Below are positions 16,695 to 23,738 of a stretch of DNA of 24,000 bases, in pieces (within the stretch, counting starts at the first letter, position 1; every line of letters starts with the position of its first letter). A model generated the notes under the pieces. The model saw only the letters and a list, made by a program, of their open reading frames with translations. It had not been told where the DNA came from and ran no database searches. Source of the stretch: Rickettsiaceae bacterium (GTDB taxonomy: Bacteria > Pseudomonadota > Alphaproteobacteria > Rickettsiales > Rickettsiaceae). The DNA is taken from the NCBI GenBank assembly GCA_043777815.1, contig JAYWHH010000004.1:6492-30491 (forward strand). The letters run 5' to 3'. The position numbers and the translations under genes were made by a program.

Positions 16695-18527
16695 ATGAGT
16701 CAAAATAGCAACTATAATACCAAAAATACAAGTGACCTAATCAATGAGCCTGTATTTGAAAATGCGAACTATAGAAAGATATTGTATTTTTTTTTTAAAA
16801 ATCATAAATTAGGCGTAAGTTACTTATTGTTACTAATGTTAATCGGCGGAATTACAAATTCAATTGATAGCATTTTAATTAAAAAAGTTATTGATTTTGT
16901 TGACACAAAGTTTGATGTTAAACCTACTCATTGGTTAGATTGGAATTTAATGATTTGGCCTTTAATTTTTTTTGGGTGGTGGGAATTTTTAAATCTTCTG
17001 TGGAGAGCATATGATATTGTCTACTTGAAGGTAATACCAAAAATTAAGCAAGAAATTATAGAAAAATTGTTTAGTGATATTCAAACTTATCCATATCAAT
17101 ATTTCAAAAATCAAGATAGCAGCTTAATACCCGGAAGAATTATGGAAGCAGCCAGATCATTAGAAATGACCTATGCTATCTTTACTGAACAAATCTTACG
17201 AAAAATTGTTAGTATAATTACAGCTTTATTTGTTATTTATTATATAGATATAAATTTATTTTTAATATTTTTTGCATGGATTGTAATTTTTACTTTAATT
17301 AGTTTTTCAATATCAGCTAAGGCTGAAAATTATTCTAAAACATATAGTAAAAGCAAAGTCAAAATCAATGGATTATTGAGTAATTCTTTACTAAATATAT
17401 TTAACGTCAAAATATTTAATGGAAGAGCTAAAGAAATAGCTTTTTTATCAAAATATACGGATAAGATGAGGGAAAAAGATGAAGTTATGCAAATTTTTAT
17501 GACAAAAGTTAGATATTTGCTAGGTATAAGTTGCAGTATTATGGTGTTGTTTATAATATATTTTACAATTAAATTAAAGTCTGAAAATATATTATCGTTA
17601 GGTGATGTGGCTTTAGTTATTAATATGTGTATTTTTGTTGCTAATGATGTTTGGGAATTGGTGCAAGAAATGAGTGATTATAGTGAAGAATTAGGTGCAT
17701 TTAAACAATCTTGTAATGTTATAAGATCACAAATCGAATTTGAGCAATTTCAATATCCAAATTTATCAAAAAAATCTAAAAATTTTATATTGACCAAGGG
17801 CTCAATTGAATTTAAAAACATATCTTTTGGATATGTAGATCAACAAAAATTATTTATTGATGAATCGATTTTAATTAATGGGGGAGAAAAAATTGCCTTA
17901 GTGGGGTCTTCTGGATCAGGTAAAAGTACATTCGCTAATTTAATTGCCAGAGTTTTTGATATTCAAATGGGCAGTATTTTAATTGATAATCAAAGCATAT
18001 ATGACATATCCATTGAAGATTTAAATAAAAATATTAGCTTTATTGCTCAAGAGCCAATTTTATTTGAAAGAACTATTTTTGACAATATTGCTTATGGGGT
18101 TTTAACTCCTACATTAGAAGAGGTAATAACTGCATCTAAAAAAGCATTTATTCATGAAAAGATTATGTCTTTAAAAGAAAATTACTATTCCAAGTTTGGT
18201 GAAAAAGATATTAATTTTTCTATAGGAGAAAAGCAAAGAGTCATAATAGCTAGGGCTATTTTAAAGAATGCGCCTATCTTAATACTTGACGAAGCAACTA
18301 GTGCTTTAGATAATATTACGGAAAAATTAATCACTAATTCTTTGGATGAATTAATGAAAAATAAAACCTCTATAATCATAGCTCACAGGCTTTATACTCT
18401 AACTAAAGTAGATAAAATCTTAGTGTTTGAAGGAGGCAAAATAGTAGAAAGTGGTAAGCATGAAGATTTGCTAAGTAGGCGTGGTCAATACTATAAATTA
18501 TGGCAGTCTCAATTTGAAATCAAGTAA
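16695..18527 (+). CDS. ABC exporter, fused permease-ATPase half transporter (MsbA/ABCB-like)
   Basis: N-terminal 6-TM-type domain. Walker A GSSGSGKST, Q-loop IAQEP, variant signature FSIGEKQR, Walker B ILILDEATSALD, H-loop IAHRL. Confidence 0.88.
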   Translation: MSQNSNYNTKNTSDLINEPVFENANYRKILYFFFKNHKLGVSYLLLLMLIGGITNSIDSILIKKVIDFVDTKFDVKPTHWLDWNLMIWPLIFFGWWEFLNLLWRAYDIVYLKVIPKIKQEIIEKLFSDIQTYPYQYFKNQDSSLIPGRIMEAARSLEMTYAIFTEQILRKIVSIITALFVIYYIDINLFLIFFAWIVIFTLISFSISAKAENYSKTYSKSKVKINGLLSNSLLNIFNVKIFNGRAKEIAFLSKYTDKMREKDEVMQIFMTKVRYLLGISCSIMVLFIIYFTIKLKSENILSLGDVALVINMCIFVANDVWELVQEMSDYSEELGAFKQSCNVIRSQIEFEQFQYPNLSKKSKNFILTKGSIEFKNISFGYVDQQKLFIDESILINGGEKIALVGSSGSGKSTFANLIARVFDIQMGSILIDNQSIYDISIEDLNKNISFIAQEPILFERTIFDNIAYGVLTPTLEEVITASKKAFIHEKIMSLKENYYSKFGEKDINFSIGEKQRVIIARAILKNAPILILDEATSALDNITEKLITNSLDELMKNKTSIIIAHRLYTLTKVDKILVFEGGKIVESGKHEDLLSRRGQYYKLWQSQFEIK

Positions 18528-18633
18528 AAAATAGTTCAGCTAAATTATTAAAAAATGTATTTGGAAAATTCAATGATTTATTATCAAGTAACTTAGCGCT
18601 AAAGCTTCTTTGTAATATAAATCTTAATGTTAA

Positions 18634-19860
18634 TTGAAAAACATTACCTTGAAACAGACCTTACGAATACATCAAAAATCTAACATTAAAGTTACGACAC
18701 CTATTTCTGCTTTCAAATTCAAAAAATTTGAACCAGTTACAACGCCTATTTCTGCTTTCAAATTCAAAAAATTTGAGCCAGCCAACGATAATATTCCTGG
18801 TAATATAGTTACTAAGGCATTTGGAAGAGAGGAAAAAGAAGAGGATGACATGATAATAAGTGGCCTATGCTCTCTTTCTATCGTGGACCATCAAAAGCAT
18901 TTAATATTACCTGAAGCATACGAAAAAATCTTTGAGCAATCCTTGGAGAACGTAAAAGTTGTATATAACCACAACTATACTAGTCCACTCTTGGGTCGCA
19001 TTTTAGAGCTTTCTTTGGTTACCATTGATGTGAAGCCACCTAAGCTTTTCGACTCCAATCGTAAGCCCCATAAAACTTATGGACTATATGTAAAAATAAA
19101 ATTTCATAATACTGAAGAGGGCAGATTAACATATAGACAATATAAATCTCAAGCAGTTCCTAGTTTTAGCATAGGCTTTGAGGCTTTAGACTACGATACA
19201 ATTTGTGCTACAAAACTAATAAATGATAAAAAATATAGTCAATATATTCGTACATTTAATGAAAAGACTAGCCCTAATCAAAATGATGTTATTTGGGTAA
19301 TTTCTAATATAAATTTGATAGAAGTCAGTTTAGTTTCAGTGCCCGCTAACTCATATTGCCATACGCTTTCGTATGCAGAGACACTTGATTTATTTAAGCC
19401 TGAAAGTATTGAATATGTAGATGAAAGGAATTTTTGTTACCGTGACCCACAAATAAATAATAATGAGGGTGGAAAACATGGCAATGAAAGAGGGGGGGAA
19501 GGCGATATTCAAACTAGTACGAAGAAAAATAATAACAAAAAAGGGGTCACGGGACTTGAGGGAAAGAAAAACAATGCAGAAAGTAAACCAAAGAATATAG
19601 TAAGAGCTTATTTGGGGGATGAAACTGTTGACGACCTTGGTCACATCAATTCATGCTTAAATGAAAAGGATGGGAAGGATGGGAAGGATGGTACTCAATT
19701 AAATTCACAAGATTTCCAATCATATTGCCAGTCATCAGACAAATTATCAAAGAAGCATTCAACTAAAGCTAAATGTTTTTTATTTTCTAAATTATTTCCC
19801 AAGCTTCATAAATTAAATCAAAAATTAAATCAAAAAATATATGGATCAAAATTCAAATAA
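18634..19860 (+). CDS. HK97-family phage prohead serine protease with a ~160-aa low-complexity C-terminal extension
   Basis: Core blocks: IISGLCSLSIVDHQKHLILPEAY, VKVVYNHNYTSPLLGRI (candidate catalytic His), GLYVKIKF, VPSFSIGFEAL (candidate catalytic Ser), NLIEVSLVSVPANS. The TTG start at 18634 is doubtful. The ATG at 18850 (MIISG...), preceded by the purine-rich gaagaggatgac, gives a canonical N-terminus. Confidence 0.75.
   Translation: MKNITLKQTLRIHQKSNIKVTTPISAFKFKKFEPVTTPISAFKFKKFEPANDNIPGNIVTKAFGREEKEEDDMIISGLCSLSIVDHQKHLILPEAYEKIFEQSLENVKVVYNHNYTSPLLGRILELSLVTIDVKPPKLFDSNRKPHKTYGLYVKIKFHNTEEGRLTYRQYKSQAVPSFSIGFEALDYDTICATKLINDKKYSQYIRTFNEKTSPNQNDVIWVISNINLIEVSLVSVPANSYCHTLSYAETLDLFKPESIEYVDERNFCYRDPQINNNEGGKHGNERGGEGDIQTSTKKNNNKKGVTGLEGKKNNAESKPKNIVRAYLGDETVDDLGHINSCLNEKDGKDGKDGTQLNSQDFQSYCQSSDKLSKKHSTKAKCFLFSKLFPKLHKLNQKLNQKIYGSKFK
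18691..18780. repeat. 45-bp x2 tandem duplication (3 mismatches); in frame if the TTG start is used (TTPISAFKFKKFEP x2)
   Basis: 18691-18735 (gttacgacacctatttctgctttcaaattcaaaaaatttgaacca) versus 18736-18780 (gttacaacgcctatttctgctttcaaattcaaaaaatttgagcca). Confidence 0.95.
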
Positions 19861-21166
19861 CACAGATATAAATGAGATCTTGTCAATTTTAAGTGACATA
19901 CTCGATGAAAAAGATGACAAGGATAAAGATATAGAAAAAAATAAAATCTCTAATAAGGAAAATGTAACTGAAGAAAATACAACTAAACAACCAGGTGAAT
20001 ATACTTATAAAAATATGAACTCAAACAAAAAAAATGAATTGATGGATTCAAATTTCCATAATACTGTTAATATAAATAGCAAAAATGAATTGATGGTACA
20101 CAAAGGTCAATTTAGCGCCCCAGCTAAAACTAATATGATTAATTTAGGAGACGGTTTTTTTACTAAATCTACCGAAGATCTTTTGGTTTCTAGCGCACAT
20201 TGGTCCCATAAACCTCATAAATCTTATTTAGAAAATACGCATCATCAGAGTTTATTAAACTACTTTGATACAATAAAGTCTAATAATCCAATAGAAGTCA
20301 TTGACTCTAGCAAAGTTAAAGTTTCTATCAAGACTTCTGATAATCCAGTTATGATTGCCATTAATAATGGCAACAATGTTTCAATTGATGAAATTAATCC
20401 TATAAAATTAGCTTCAGTGTTTCTTAGTGTCGCTGTCACTTGCATTGATACTATTACAGAAGATTTGGTAGAAATAGTCACTAAAAAAATGAAAGATGAA
20501 ACGGAGGATTTTATTACAGAGCAAATTTTTACTAGAGGTAAACCTAATCCTAAGCAAATAAAATCTATCTTTAATTTAATGGAAGAGACAGATGTTCAAA
20601 TCAACGCGGAAATTGGAAAAAGTGCAAATGAAAAGAAAAAACTCAGTTTAAAAAATGATCTATCGATTGTCAGTATAAAAAAATATGGAACAAATGGGGA
20701 GAGTAAATTGGGTGATGTGGACATGATTAGTTTATTACACGCGATCAATTCTACTCTTTTACATTCTATAAACTCTGGACAATACAAGAATTTATATTGT
20801 TTTATGTCTCAAAGCGTATATAGCGCCTTAGTAAGTAGTTCAATAAAAGTTTTTTCCGATTCAGACAAAGAAGCAGGAGATGATGAAGATAGTGGTGTTA
20901 AATCATTTTTTAGTCATTTATGCAAACATCAAATACCCATACTCAAGGGTATGCAAATAGTTTTGGTAAACAATTTGGAGTTAGAAACTGATGAATCAAC
21001 GCATAAGATTTTTATAGGAGATCCAAAATCTTTTAAAATATTCAGCAATGATTTCAAAATTTCTAGGAATCATCAATGTAATGCGGATGTTTTTTATGTA
21101 GATTGTAAGATATCTACATTTTTGGCAAATAAAAACTTTAAATGTTTAACTTTACTTAAAAATTAA
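19841..21166 (+). CDS. HK97-fold phage major capsid protein (highly divergent) with a charged N-terminal delta/scaffold-like region
   Basis: It immediately follows the protease, overlapping it by 20 nt. By eye it is colinear with HK97 gp5 blocks, e.g. IKLASVFLSVAVTCIDTITEDLVEIVTKKMKDETEDFITEQIFTRG (cf. [45 protein letters not shown]) and DMISLLHAINS (cf. DIIAHAIYQV). The N-terminal ~90 aa are Asp/Lys/Asn-rich. Confidence 0.6.
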   Translation: MDQNSNNTDINEILSILSDILDEKDDKDKDIEKNKISNKENVTEENTTKQPGEYTYKNMNSNKKNELMDSNFHNTVNINSKNELMVHKGQFSAPAKTNMINLGDGFFTKSTEDLLVSSAHWSHKPHKSYLENTHHQSLLNYFDTIKSNNPIEVIDSSKVKVSIKTSDNPVMIAINNGNNVSIDEINPIKLASVFLSVAVTCIDTITEDLVEIVTKKMKDETEDFITEQIFTRGKPNPKQIKSIFNLMEETDVQINAEIGKSANEKKKLSLKNDLSIVSIKKYGTNGESKLGDVDMISLLHAINSTLLHSINSGQYKNLYCFMSQSVYSALVSSSIKVFSDSDKEAGDDEDSGVKSFFSHLCKHQIPILKGMQIVLVNNLELETDESTHKIFIGDPKSFKIFSNDFKISRNHQCNADVFYVDCKISTFLANKNFKCLTLLKN

Positions 21167-21231
21167 GAACACGTTAAGCAAAGAGTGGGAACTGTAAAGG
21201 GCCCGTAAAAAAATAATTAATTAATATTTAT

Positions 21232-21912
21232 ATGACTTATAAACAAATTCTAACCGAGAGCATAATCAATATAATTGATGAATCGATCGTTAATGTAATC
21301 AGCAGCGAGTTTTACAAATTCATTTATCCCAATCCTGATATTGCAAATATAAATATTAAATTAGTTTCAGATTCCAAAACTAATTTTCGAAGTTTGGTTA
21401 TAGAAGATGAAAAAGAAGAAAAAGATCAGCAATCGTCTTTAGCTAAAAAAGATGCTAAAGATGCCATAGATCTTGAAATGTTTATTATGTTATACGATTA
21501 TGCTAATACAATTTTGTTTTATTTAAATACTAAACTTGGTATCCCATTGATGTATAAAAATATTAAATGCACTTTACCTCCAATCACCAGAAAGTCAAAG
21601 TACAGAATAGAATTGCCGTTTTATCTCTCTCCAAATATATCAATAAAATCAGATACTTTGTTTATAGAAATTATTAGCAATAATAATTGTAGAAATGTTT
21701 TTTCTAATTTAATATCAATAGAAGTTATTAAAGACATTGACTCACCTCATCAATTTGAAATACATGATACAAATATCATGTATAGATTGATGTCAGGAGC
21801 TATAAAAAAGCATATGATGCATCTTCTAGGAAAGTCCAAAGAGTCTAAGGAATCTCTCGAAAATATTTATGAAATGTATATACCGAGATTTAACATTATT
21901 GATGAATTTTGA
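21232..21912 (+). CDS. Hypothetical protein; candidate gp6-like head-tail connector/adaptor (about twice the usual size)
   Basis: It occupies the position after the capsid gene. DLEMFIMLYDYANTILFYLNTKLGIPLMYKNIKCTL...RIELPFYLSPNISIKS resembles the connector pattern (d..li..li.aA...ie..tg..l..qt....i.LP..Pv.sv.sv). The assignment is by eye only. Confidence 0.35.
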   Translation: MTYKQILTESIINIIDESIVNVISSEFYKFIYPNPDIANINIKLVSDSKTNFRSLVIEDEKEEKDQQSSLAKKDAKDAIDLEMFIMLYDYANTILFYLNTKLGIPLMYKNIKCTLPPITRKSKYRIELPFYLSPNISIKSDTLFIEIISNNNCRNVFSNLISIEVIKDIDSPHQFEIHDTNIMYRLMSGAIKKHMMHLLGKSKESKESLENIYEMYIPRFNIIDEF

Positions 21913-21923
21913 TTTTATAAAAT

Positions 21924-22418
21924 ATGAATTTATTAGACAAAATAACACTTCTACATTTAAAGTGTAAATATGATGATATTTTTAACGTAAGCTTTCTTGA
22001 TTTGATTAAAAAGAACGCCACTAGTTTATTGACGACTAGATGTGATTTTAGAGAGTATCAAATCAGGATAGTTAATCCTAACTCCAAGTTAAAAGATAAT
22101 GGTTTAGTTTATCAGCGTTGCGGGGTTTTCGATATGATGTATCATCACAAAATATTAGAATTCCAGCCCTCTATTGATATATTGAAAGATATATTGAAGA
22201 ATGATATGGGAAATAGTGAAAAGAAGAAGGATGATTCATCTAATGCTTTAATTTCAAGCACAAATAAACCAGAGCAAAATAAAAATGTTCATGATGATAA
22301 GGATTTTTACCATGATTGTATAATAATTTTATTTAGCAAAAAGGTGTATTATGCAAATACAATTTTATCGAAGAATATTGAAAGATTAATTCAGATAACT
22401 GGCATAGAAATTATTTAG
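21924..22418 (+). CDS. Hypothetical protein; candidate head-tail joining/head-closure protein
   Basis: It is the fourth gene of the head module. The N-terminal MNLLDKITLL and C-terminal ...KVYYANTILSKNIERLIQITGIEI loosely match the head-tail-joining family pattern (M..G.L..rI.i ... y.I..v......l.l.c.e). It has a central Lys/Asp/Asn-rich insertion. Confidence 0.3.
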   Translation: MNLLDKITLLHLKCKYDDIFNVSFLDLIKKNATSLLTTRCDFREYQIRIVNPNSKLKDNGLVYQRCGVFDMMYHHKILEFQPSIDILKDILKNDMGNSEKKKDDSSNALISSTNKPEQNKNVHDDKDFYHDCIIILFSKKVYYANTILSKNIERLIQITGIEII

Positions 22419-22432
22419 GTTCTAAAGTATTG

Positions 22433-22490
22433 TTTACTATACCTTGAATGGAAAAGCATAATTTACTATACCTTGGATGGAAAAGCGTAA
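22433..22490. repeat. 29-bp x2 tandem repeat in the spacer after the head module
   Basis: tttactataccttgaatggaaaagcataa (22433-22461) versus tttactataccttggatggaaaagcgtaa (22462-22490); 2 mismatches. Confidence 0.93.
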
Positions 22491-22650
22491 TAACTAAAAT
22501 ATTTTAAATTCAATCTAACGTAATAAAATCGATTTTAATCAACCCTTATAAAATACACTAACTTCAATGTTAGAATAATGTATTCACATATTTTATATTT
22601 TTATGAATTTATCAGCTTTAGAAGAAATAAAATTTTACAAGGAGCTTTGT

Positions 22651-23304
22651 ATGCAAAATAACAATTTCACTTTAGAAAAATTGCAATATACTGCAATTGA
22701 TTCGTTTATTTCTGCAGAAACTTTAGAATATCATCATGGCAAACATCATCAAGGATATTTAAACAATTTAAATAAATTAAAAGATACTTTCAATCAAGCG
22801 ACAAATGATTCTCAAAAAAATCATTTCATACATGATTTTTATTTAAAATCTTTAAAAGGTTTAGAGAGATTTAAAGATCTAGAAGTGGCCAAAATATGCC
22901 AAGAGGTATACAATAATAGTGCGCAATGTTTAAATCATTCTTTTTATTGGCAATCTATTAGCTCGGTCGCGATGACTCCTAGTGCAAAAGTTTTGAATCA
23001 TTTTGTCAATTATGAGGATTTTGTAGATAAATTTTTAGCAAAATCATCTCACTTTGGATCAAGTTGGGCATGGCTAGTATGCGATAAGGATTTTCGAGTA
23101 TTTTTTCATTCTACATCTAATGCTTCTAATCCCTTAGAATTAAATTTATTCCCGCTTTTAGTTTGTGACATTTGGGAACATGCTTATTATGTTGATTACC
23201 GAAATCAGCGTCTTGAATATATGAAAAAGTTTTTAAATGTTATCAATTGGAATTTTGTAGAGACGAACTTAGACTCGGCTAAGAAATTCTTTAACGCTGT
23301 GTAG
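22651..23304 (+). CDS. sodB: Iron-type superoxide dismutase
   Basis: LEYHHGKHHQGYLNNLN, NNSAQCLNHSFYW (Fe-type AQxxNHxFxW) and the DIWEHAYYVDYRNQR metal-ligand block. The ATG at 22651 has an AAGGAG Shine-Dalgarno sequence 6 nt upstream, so the ORF-track start at 22603 is probably too early. About 19 extra residues lie between the NLN and NNSAQ blocks relative to E. coli SodB. Confidence 0.9.
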   Translation: MQNNNFTLEKLQYTAIDSFISAETLEYHHGKHHQGYLNNLNKLKDTFNQATNDSQKNHFIHDFYLKSLKGLERFKDLEVAKICQEVYNNSAQCLNHSFYWQSISSVAMTPSAKVLNHFVNYEDFVDKFLAKSSHFGSSWAWLVCDKDFRVFFHSTSNASNPLELNLFPLLVCDIWEHAYYVDYRNQRLEYMKKFLNVINWNFVETNLDSAKKFFNAV

Positions 23305-23361
23305 TACATTAACATTTTATCAAGCGAGACGTGTAGCGCTTTTTCTCATTTTCTAATTAAT

Positions 23362-23391
23362 TTGAAATTCTTCATATATATGTGATACAAT
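23362..23391 (+). promoter_or_regulatory. Putative sigma70-type promoter for tRNA-Arg
   Basis: TTGAAA (23362-23367), an 18-nt spacer ending in TGa (extended -10), then TACAAT (23386-23391). The tRNA 5' end is 11 nt downstream. AT-rich background makes chance matches likely. Confidence 0.35.
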
Positions 23392-23402
23392 TTATTAGTA
23401 AA

Positions 23403-23475
23403 GCACCCGTAGCTTAATGGATAGAGCATATGACTACGGATCATAAGGTTAGGGGTTCAAGTCCTCTCGGGTGTG
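23403..23475 (+). tRNA. tRNA-Arg (anticodon ACG); CCA not encoded
   Basis: Folded by hand into a 73-nt cloverleaf. Acceptor GCACCCG/CGGGTGT has a G1-U72 wobble. D stem is GCTT/GAGC, anticodon stem TATGA/TCATA with loop CTACGGA, a 5-nt variable loop, and T arm AGGGG-TTCAAGT-CCTCT. Discriminator is G. Confidence 0.92.
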
Positions 23476-23597
23476 ATTTTACTATTTTAGTAAATTTGTA
23501 TCAGGTGTTTATGTTTTAAATTACCTAGATACAGTTTTAACTTTTCATTAAATCAATTATTTTTTTAGCAATTTCTACGAATTTTTAGTTAAAAAAC

Positions 23598-23626
23598 TTG
23601 ATTTTTTGCAAAAAAAGTACTAATAT
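23598..23626 (+). promoter_or_regulatory. Putative sigma70-type promoter for tRNA-Ile
   Basis: TTGATT (23598-23603), a 17-nt spacer, then TAATAT (23621-23626). The tRNA 5' end is 12 nt downstream. Confidence 0.4.
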
Positions 23627-23638
23627 TTCTATGTATGT

Positions 23639-23715
23639 AGGCTCGTAGCTCAGGTGGTTAGAGCGCATGTCTGATAAGCATGAGGTCGGTGGTTCAACTC
23701 CACCCGGGCCTACCA
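23639..23715 (+). tRNA. tRNA-Ile (anticodon GAT); 3' CCA encoded
   Basis: 77 nt. Acceptor is AGGCTCG/CGGGCCT, anticodon stem CATGT/GCATG with loop CTGATAA, T arm GGTGG-TTCAACT-CCACC, discriminator A, then CCA. It is nearly identical in layout to E. coli tRNA-Ile1 (AGGCTTGTAGCTCAGGTGGTTAGAGCGC...). Confidence 0.95.
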
Positions 23716-23738
23716 TTTTATTTTTTTTAAAACTATTT

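Larger units (their letters stand above)
18634..22418 (+). mobile_element. Phage-derived head-gene module (HK97/GTA-like protease, capsid and two candidate head-completion genes); no packaging, tail, lysis or integration genes present
   Basis: Four co-directional ORFs in the order protease-capsid-small-small. They are bracketed directly by an ABC exporter gene and sodB. AT-richness and low-complexity style are indistinguishable by eye from the flanking genes. Confidence 0.6.

Noticed and set aside
17900-18300. Variant ABC signature motif FSIGEKQR in the MsbA-like exporter, as evidence of an inactive ATPase
   Set aside because: The Ser and the second Gly of LSGGQ are retained, and SxGQ/E-type variants occur in functional ABC proteins (e.g. 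LSVGQ in the ABCC family). Walker A, Walker B and the H-loop are intact.
614-20787. Antisense shadow ORFs nested in larger genes (614-805, 1777-1965, 6567-6830, 12048-12278, 13408-13599, 13445-13642, 13791-14060, 18185-18379, 19390-19644, 20260-20481, 20596-20787)
   Set aside because: Each lies wholly inside a longer ORF with recognisable homology or better context on the opposite strand. They are short, with hydrophobic or low-complexity translations typical of AT-rich antisense frames.
19841-21166. Encapsulin (HK97-fold nanocompartment) rather than a phage capsid
   Set aside because: A dedicated prohead protease lies immediately upstream and connector-like genes lie downstream, which is a phage/GTA organisation. 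No cargo enzyme (ferritin-like, peroxidase) with a targeting peptide is adjacent. It remains only a loose functional analogy.
18634-22418. Intact or recently inactivated prophage
   Set aside because: No terminase, portal, tail, lysis, integrase or repressor genes and no flanking direct repeats are present in 24 kb. The composition matches the host. It is treated instead as an old, possibly domesticated head module.
23323-23347. Rho-independent terminator after sodB (aagcg...cgctt followed by a T-rich run)
   Set aside because: It has only a 5-bp stem with a 10-nt loop and an interrupted T-tract, which is too weak to call in AT-rich DNA.
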